Below are positions 56,866 through 64,000 of a DNA stretch of 64,000 bases, in pieces. The stretch covers positions 62,001 to 126,000 of the forward strand of contig JBLWGC010000092.1 in NCBI GenBank assembly GCA_048772705.1, given 5' to 3'. Each line of letters begins with the position of its first letter. Position 1 is the stretch's first letter. The notes under the pieces are model-generated. The model did not search any database, was not told the origin of the DNA, and saw nothing but the letters and a program-made list of their open reading frames with translations. This DNA is from Leidyana gryllorum EB-2025a. Its lineage: Eukaryota > Protista > Apicomplexa. Made by a program: the position numbers and the translations under genes.

Positions 56866-59864
56866 ATGTGGCTGAATATTGCCTGTGTATCTGTGTTTGG
56901 TATTCTGTATACCCATGCGATATCTATCTCCGGACGTCTATCGAAGAAATCTAACTATCATCTGGAACGAGCTTTCATCTGTCGATGCTTTTGCGCCCTG
57001 CAACGGTATTCGGTTAATGGTTCTATAGCTTCATACATTCCTGACTCTCTCATATATGCATTTGATCCTCAACCCATACACGCGCCGTCAAATGAAGCGC
57101 TCGCTCAGCAATTAATGACCAACAAGGCTCTGGCGGGCCTGGGAGTTTACTTTCGGTCTTCTAACAAACAAAAGGAGATTGTAGAGTTGCTCTCTGGTAC
57201 CGTCGTTGAGCGCCCTCCTGACCTTACTCCCTCGGAAAAACTTCAGCTTGGAAGTGACATCCTCCAACATGGCAGTCCTGAAGCTTACGAATCATTTTTT
57301 CTTCACCAACTCCCTTCTACAATGCGGCTTAGTGCTGACCGTGCACTGTCCGCGACTCCCCTTTCTCTGCAATCTTTACTGGGTGACCCCCATATCAAAG
57401 TGTTCCGTGTCCCTCCCGGCGTCGATGCTAACATTGCAGGACGTATCGAATGCGTAGAGCAGTGCCGTGACAAAGTACTCTCCGTACCGACACCAGTTAC
57501 TAAACTCATCCCTCACACCGGTTTTGCTTTACTGAAACGACCTAAGGATCCGCCTTCTCGAGGCTTCATTGACGGAGAGAACCCGGCATATGGCCGTGCA
57601 CGTATTGCTCTGCCGGGGAAGACCATTCCTCAAGCCCATAGACCTTTCTTCGCCCGGATGATGGACCGCTGGCTCGGGCTCTACTCTCTGGCAGCGCGGT
57701 TTGACCCTTACCGTGGTGCCCCCCAGTACACTACCGCTGCCGACCAGAAAGTGGCTACGGCGCTTGGTATCCACGAGAGTCGCATATGTCCCGATCTTGT
57801 CAACGAATTCAAGGAGACTGCCGTTTTTGAAACTAATTGGAAAGAATTAGGCCAGAAGCATAAGATCTTCAAAGATACCGACCAGTTCCTCCATCCAGAC
57901 GAAGTCGATCCTCCTTCTCTCAACTTGCCCCCTTCTTTTACTTCATTCCTCCAACTTGGACAATATGGACAGATGATGGCTCCAGCTCGCGCCCCGACTA
58001 CTGCCGACATTGTCGCTGGATACGAGCCCGCAGTGCCCAGCAATCCAAACGCACGGTCTCTCGTGCCCCCGGAACGGCTGAAGCTGGCTCTCGGCAAAGC
58101 AGATATGGGCCCGCCGGCCATACCACGTGACAGTGAGTGCTCAAACTGACGTCCCTCATCAGCTTTTATACTCATTTGCTTCGCAGAGAACGCCATCATT
58201 CCTGTGGTAGTGCGCGACGCGACCTTCCCCGAGGTCGCTCAATCAATTCGAGAGAAAATAGAAGAACGGACCCCCCTGGCTTCGTGGCCCACTGGATCTT
58301 CCCAACTCTTGTTGGAGCAAGTGTCCCCTGTCTACAGAGTGAGTCGATCTCTGAATTCTTCGTGATCGACAATTTCCAATTTCAGTTCCGGGGCAGTGCC
58401 GCTATCGACCGTGATAACAATCCCATAATAGGCCCCATCTTCAGTGGGATGCAAGGACCGAAGAATGACAGCTTTCTTCATTTCTACATCTCTCCTCAAG
58501 AGGGGCTCGCCATTCGATCTTCCCAACGGCGCCTGATGGCCCTCAGCTGGGTGACAGACACCATCAATGGTCTGTATGCGAGACTGCAAGCGGCCGCTGA
58601 CGCCACACCGCCGACAGTCTACGTTAATCCCGAGGGTCAGATCATTCAAACAGACTTCTCCAAGCCAGACCCCATCAGTCTCATAAAGGAGATGACTTTT
58701 GAGTATCACGGAGCAATGTTCGCCGCCTGTGGAACCTTCAAGGATCAACGAACGCATTTGATGAATGCCCGTTCAGTGCTGGTGAGCAACACTTGCTTGA
58801 TCCTTCCGACACACACCCTTTGCGTTAGGTATTCGCAGTACACCCCGTTGTGACAGAGTTGCTGTTCCAAGATGGCACTCGTCATCAGAGTGCAATGCTC
58901 GGCGCCGCTGAGATTGTCGCTATGATGGATAAAGACATCCTCACCACGCTGGTCCAAGGTAGCCTAGATACCACCGTTATAGAACTGCGAGATGCTTACC
59001 TTTTTAGATGCTCACCCCCTCTTGAGGGACGAACTGCGGAAAGCAAACGGCGAGTTCGCCAATACGCTCTACGATCAGATAGAAGCGAAACTGCGGGGCG
59101 ACAATGTGGAACTCATAGACCGCAATACCTGCCCCCTAGACAGAGCTAACGACAGAATCAGTCTATACAGCCCCGTTGCAGAAGGCCCCTGGCAGGTTTA
59201 CACCTTCTCGGGAGAAGCTGAAACACAGCAATTAGACTATGAACCCGTGATATTCAACCATGACACTCGCCGGGCCGCCGCTTTGATGGCCAAGTGCTAT
59301 GGCAGAGCGCTTCCCGGTTCCCAGTTTGCTGAAGCCCTCACTGGCGATCCTCGACTACCCCCATTCCTTCGTCAGATGGAATCCAACAGACTGTCGAAAA
59401 TGCGTATCTGTCTCGACATTCCACCTTTGGGACGCCACCGGTTCCAGGAAGCCCCCATGGCTGTTCCCCTCCAACCCACTCCTCCGACGGCACCTGTGGC
59501 TGCTGGCGTAGACCGTTCAGCGACACAAAACTCCCAACAGCAGCAGCCTCAACAACAACAACCAATGAATCTGGATCTATTGGCAGGTCCTGAAATGAGC
59601 GGTCAATGGACGTACAACAAAAGGAGCAGCGAGAGCAAAAGTGCTGGCGCGAGTGCGAAATCAAGTGATGGGCAGTCCGAAAGCGTTTTCCGGTCATCCG
59701 CAGAACTGTCTGGGTCTGGGGGCAGCTCAGCTGATTTCACTTCGTACGAAAGCGGCCATCGTCACTTCCGTCGAGGCAGAGGGTCGTCGAGTGGTGCTTC
59801 AGGCGGCAGCTACGGAGAAGCCATTGTAGCCCCAGTTGCAGCCCCAGCACCGGCATCTCCCTAA
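56866..59864 (+). CDS. Large putative secreted hypothetical protein, multi-exon
   Basis: Hydrophobic N-terminus MWLNIACVSVFGILYTHA; GT-AG introns near 58133 and 58781 link the consecutive + strand coding segments; Ser/Gly/Gln-rich tail. Confidence 0.62.
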
Positions 59865-59869
59865 ATTGA

Positions 59870-61264
59870 TCAATTGACCACCTTTTGAAGCTCATTCAAG
59901 TCCACAGGACGGTACTGAGGCGGCAGAAAATTGGTTTCTCCCCTTGCATTTGCCTCTGTCAGAATATGTCTTAACAGTTCTTCTTCTGTCCGAGGGAACG
60001 ATGATGGTGACGAACCAGTCGAGCCAGCTTCGGCATACTGGAAACCACTCCTCGGCACTGCATATCTTTCCGCCTCCACCAAACCATAACAACATTTCAT
60101 CGCGAGAACAGCGTAGTAAATCATCTTCTTAACTATGCCTTCGTCGGGCTTCAACAGTCGCTGGAACTTGAACAGTTCGGGAGTGCATAACTGCAGAAGC
60201 AAGAGAAACGCAGTATCAAATGTTCAGTCTCAGAGCGGTGGGCACTCACTATCGTCGGGCATTGTCCTATCGGTCGTACGGTAATGAGAGGTATTATTCC
60301 ATTCAAAAGATCTGCGATCCATCCATAGTGTTGTGAAAAGTATACCATTCCACCAGGATAGTGGCAGACCTGCAGCAATCGTGTCTCCACCCACACACAC
60401 GACAAGGGTGTTCCTCACCTCCATTAAGGCTTTGAACAGCCCATTCCAATTGGTTTCGAGGAAGGTAGTACACGATGGAGGAAAGGCTTCAGGGTACGCC
60501 TGTTTCACACCATTCATAACTTCGTGCATGGAGGAGATGATGATCAGAAGGGCGCACACACAGATCAAACTGCAGGGGACTACTGTGGTGACGCCATTTA
60601 CCGTTGTGACATAGGCAACAGTCAATACGGTATCGTAGAGAAAAGTACATAGTTCAGTACTCTCAAGCCATATCATCCAACCTCTAAACACTGGGTGGGC
60701 GTACATTCTGGCCATCCAGGTATCTATTAAATCTGCCGGGGTGTGATTAAAGTTCAGGTCGCCATTTAAAGCCTCTATGAGTTCCATTTGGAACCGCAGA
60801 GTGGTGGAGGTTGACTCATCGGTTGTCAGTTTGTGATGCTTATGTCGAGTTTCACGCAACGCACTCGCTGTATATAAACACGCCAACGCCACCCCAGCCT
60901 CATCCCCCACTGATAACTTGTTTTTCGTACACCAAAGAAAGCCATCAAATGCGGTTTGCGCAGCAAAGAATGTTCCCCAACTCCACTCCGCTTCACTACA
61001 CACCTTTCCCATATGTTGGAAGAGTAGTGAGCGGTTTTTCAAAGTCACGGAAGGGTGCATAGGCCCGTGATAATGTGACTTGTCTTCGGGGCCCCAATAG
61101 TCCGCTGTGCGCCACATACTCTCTTTCAAATATATATTTTCCCAGCATAAGTGAGTCATCGTCCCGGCCAGTCTCACCCGATGACGCAAGAAAGACCAGC
61201 TCCGTTCGGCGGGTACAGCTAGCCGTAACACCTTATCGCATATTGCGGCGTGGAGTGTACTCAT
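59870..61264 (-). CDS. Divergent cyclin-fold protein, multi-exon
   Basis: NRSLLFQHMGKVCSEAEWSWGTFFAAQTAFDGFL, VALACLYTASALRE and FQMELIEALNGDLNF.HTP follow cyclin-box helices; introns near 60419-60371 and 60249-60192. Confidence 0.65.
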
Positions 61265-61299
61265 CAGGAGAAACTCAAAAAACTTAGCAACACAAGCCG

Positions 61300-63374
61300 A
61301 TGAACAAACAACCTGACGATGTTGCAGTCACACCCTGCAGTGGGGAAGGCATCACATTCGACTCCAAAGCTTTGGAGAATTTGCTGAAACGTCGTTTCTT
61401 CACGGCCCCGTCCTTTGAGATATATGGGTCCACTGCCGGTCTGTTTGACTTTGGCCCTCCAGGATGCGCTATGAAGAATGAAATCGAGAGTGCCTGGAGA
61501 CGCCACTTTGTCTTGGAGGATGACTTGATGGAAATCGCAGGTAAGGGCACGTTTTGAGCCCGCGCTCATCATGTGGCGCACGCGTGTGCGCCTCTTTGTG
61601 TTACAGGTCCCAATCTTACCCCACACGCTGTGTTGAAGGCTTCTGGCCATGTTGAGCGATTCCTGGATCTGATGGTTGAGGACGTGGTGACCAAAGATTG
61701 TTATCGGTGTGACAAGATCATTGAAGAGTGGCTGGACCGTGTCTATCTGCAGGACCCCAAGCAGGCGAACCGCAAGGAAGAGGTCGAGCAATGCTTGGCT
61801 ACTCTTGAAGGCGCTACTGCGGGCGAGATGGACGAGATTATCAAGAAGTACGGGATCAAGAGTCCTCTTAATCACGATTTGTGCTACCCGTATCCGTTCA
61901 ATCTGATGTTTGGAACTAAAATTGGTCCGAAGCCGGGGAACGATGAGTCGGGTATCGCTTACCTGCGACCAGAGACGGCTCAGGGAATTTTTGTCAACTT
62001 CCGTCGTCTCCTGGAGCAGAACGGGCGGCAAATGCCGTTCGGTGCGGCGTGTGTGGGCACATCATTCCGTAATGAGATTGCCCCAAGGAATGGTCTGTTG
62101 CGTGTGAGAGAATTCCCGATGGCCGAGATTGAGTATTTCTGCGATCCAACCAAGAAGGCAAAGTTTCCCAAGTATGAAAGTATCAAGGACGTGCGGGCGC
62201 CCTTTTATCCGAGGGATCGTCAGATGAAGAACTTGGGTCCAGTTTTCATGACTGTAGGGGAGGCAGTGGATAGCGGAGTGATCGATAATGAGACTTTGGC
62301 TTACTTTATCGGGCGAGCATACTTATTCCTGACTGCCATCGGTATCAATCCGAGCGGTTTGCGATTCCGTCAGCACCTCGACACGGAGATGGCTCACTAC
62401 GCATCGGATTGTTGGGACGCTGAGATATTGACGAGTTACAAGTGGGTTGAGTGCGTGGGTATAGCAGATAGATCCGCCTACGACCTGACTCAACACACAC
62501 GAGCGACGAAAGTGGACCTGCAAGCCCCGCGACCCTTGGCAGAGCCGAGGATCGAAGATCGTTTGGTGGCGAAGCCGAATCGGAAGGCTATGGGTCCAAC
62601 TTTCAAGAAAGATTTGCAGGAAGTATTGAATATCATCGACACGTTGTCAATGGAGGAAATGCAGAAAGCGGAGGCAGAGGTAAGTAACTACATTCTTCTC
62701 TGAATTGGCAAATGATTGCTGGATTTCAGCTCGCCGCTGAGGGCAAGTGTGTTTTGGGCAAGGACGAGAGACAATTCGTATTGACCAAAGATCTCCTTGC
62801 ATTTGAATGGATCAAAGTCAAAGGTGCGTTTCGTCACCTTTTGGCTCACTTTCATTGTGTATCTGCAGTCACTGAGGAGCTTTATACTCCGAATGTTATC
62901 GAGCCTTCGTTCGGCATTGGTCGTATAATATACGCCGTTCTTGAACACGCGTTCCGACGTCGGGGCATCGAAGATCAAGAAGATCGCAACTATCTGGCGC
63001 TTTCACCGCTGATAGCCCCCTACAAGTGTTCAATTCTTCCGATCTCAAACCAGCCACAATTCGAGCCCATTATCAGGAGTCTTCAAGAACATCTCCGGAA
63101 AAAGGATTTGAGCTGCAAACTGGACTCAAGCACAGCAAGCATCGGGAAACGATATGCCAGAACCGACGAAATCGGTATTCCTTTCGGCATCACGGTTGAT
63201 TTCCAAACTGTCGAGGATCATACAGTCACTCTGCGTGAGATTGTCAGCATGACGCAAGTGCGTCTACCGCTCGCTGATGTTCCCGAGGTTCTGAGGAAGC
63301 TGGTGCGAGTCGAAGAGACATGGGACAATGTAAAAAAGCGCTATCCAGCATTCACTCAGCAACAAGTTAACTGA
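61300..63374 (+). CDS. GARS1: Glycyl-tRNA synthetase (eukaryotic alpha2 type), multi-exon
   Basis: LKASGHVERF, FNLMF, YLRPETAQGIF, SFRNEIAPRNGLLRVREF, EMAHYA.DCWD, VIEPSFGIGRI, SIGKRYARTDEIGIPF. Confidence 0.97.
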
Positions 63375-64000
63375 GTATGAGTTCCTCCAAGTACGGCACA
63401 GCTTCACGGACGAGATCGTCGATGGATGGCAGTTTTCGCTCCCCTTCTTCATCAATAATGAGTGGCTCTCGACTGACTGAATGAACGATGAATCAAATAA
63501 TAATATCCCTCGATGAATTAATGATTCAGTGTGTGTGAAGGGGGGGGGTGTGTGTGGCAGTGTAAAAGAGTGTGTGTGGCAGTGTAAAAGAGTGTGTGTG
63601 GCAGTGTAAAAGAGTGTGTGTGGCAGTGTAAAAGATGTGTGTGAGTGAGTGAAAGGGAGGAACGTACGAGCGACATATTTCCTTTTCAATTCGGAGAGGG
63701 CATTTATCTTCTGCTTAGACAACGGCTGGGGGTTGGCAGCAATGATGTTTCCAATTGCTTTGCGCAGGGCAAATTCTATCTGCTGCTGACGCTGTGAAGC
63801 ACCTTGCGGCGCGGGCCTCGGCGAAGGCCACTTATATAGGGGAAGAGCCTGGATTTTAGGCCAGATTTCAGCAACTACCATAGCTGCATGGTTATTCGCC
63901 ACCTCGAATACTCTGCCCCGCTCAAATGGACGTAGCGTTTCCGAGCGAGCGAGATTTTGAGCTAGCAACAACGCCTGTCGACGGATGACTATGGGCGGTA
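63367..64000 (-). CDS. 3' end of a hypothetical protein running off the window
   Basis: ...ELKRKYVAL|SREPLIIDEEGERKLPSIDDLVREAVPYLEELILS* using intron 63667-63477. Confidence 0.55.
63548..63635. repeat. 22-bp minisatellite x4 (GTGTGTGTGGCAGTGTAAAAGA) inside an intron
   Basis: Four perfect tandem copies visible directly. Confidence 0.95.

Noticed and set aside
55716-59864. Gag plus downstream signal-peptide gene as a gag-env retroelement
   Set aside because: The downstream gene has spliceosomal introns and no C-terminal TM anchor or fusion motifs; no pol or LTR
61264-62031. 255-aa antisense ORF over GlyRS
   Set aside because: Shadow of the GlyRS coding frame that runs through its intron
63548-63635. 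Regular 22-bp repeats as a CRISPR array
   Set aside because: No spacers, eukaryotic intron, no cas genes

Overview
Gene-dense eukaryotic window with short (mostly 35-60 nt) GT-AG introns. It is almost certainly apicomplexan, because it carries an H2B.Z-type histone and an RPB4 with the Plasmodium-like CLNLCEL segment. The compaction suggests a gregarine-like lineage (inference). About 40 genes can be read. Housekeeping genes include proteasome alpha2, PA28, a TUTase/non-canonical PAP, TAP42, a DUSP, two cyclin-fold proteins, CARM1, two tandem PDIs, VIT1, RPB4, an SR protein, H2B.Z, a PDE, GDT1, two inverted EF1-alpha copies, RPP30, a P5A ATPase, an APC2-like protein, LSm4 and GlyRS. Two genes that the ORF track misses or mis-starts were rebuilt by splicing: KEOPS Pcc1 and U1-C, the latter lying between the two EF1-alpha genes. 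Most notable: (1) a solo, intact Ty3/gypsy-type Gag capsid gene with no pol or LTR, fused to an unknown C-terminal domain (candidate domesticated Arc/PNMA-like capsid); (2) an intronless Crinkler-type NTPase+REase gene whose nuclease motif is decayed; (3) a ~9 kb island of co-oriented intronless orphan genes that look like divergent paralogs, one of them bracketed at its start and stop codons by a 14-bp inverted repeat; (4) extreme gene packing, including two opposite start codons sharing one CATG palindrome and overlapping convergent CDS ends.
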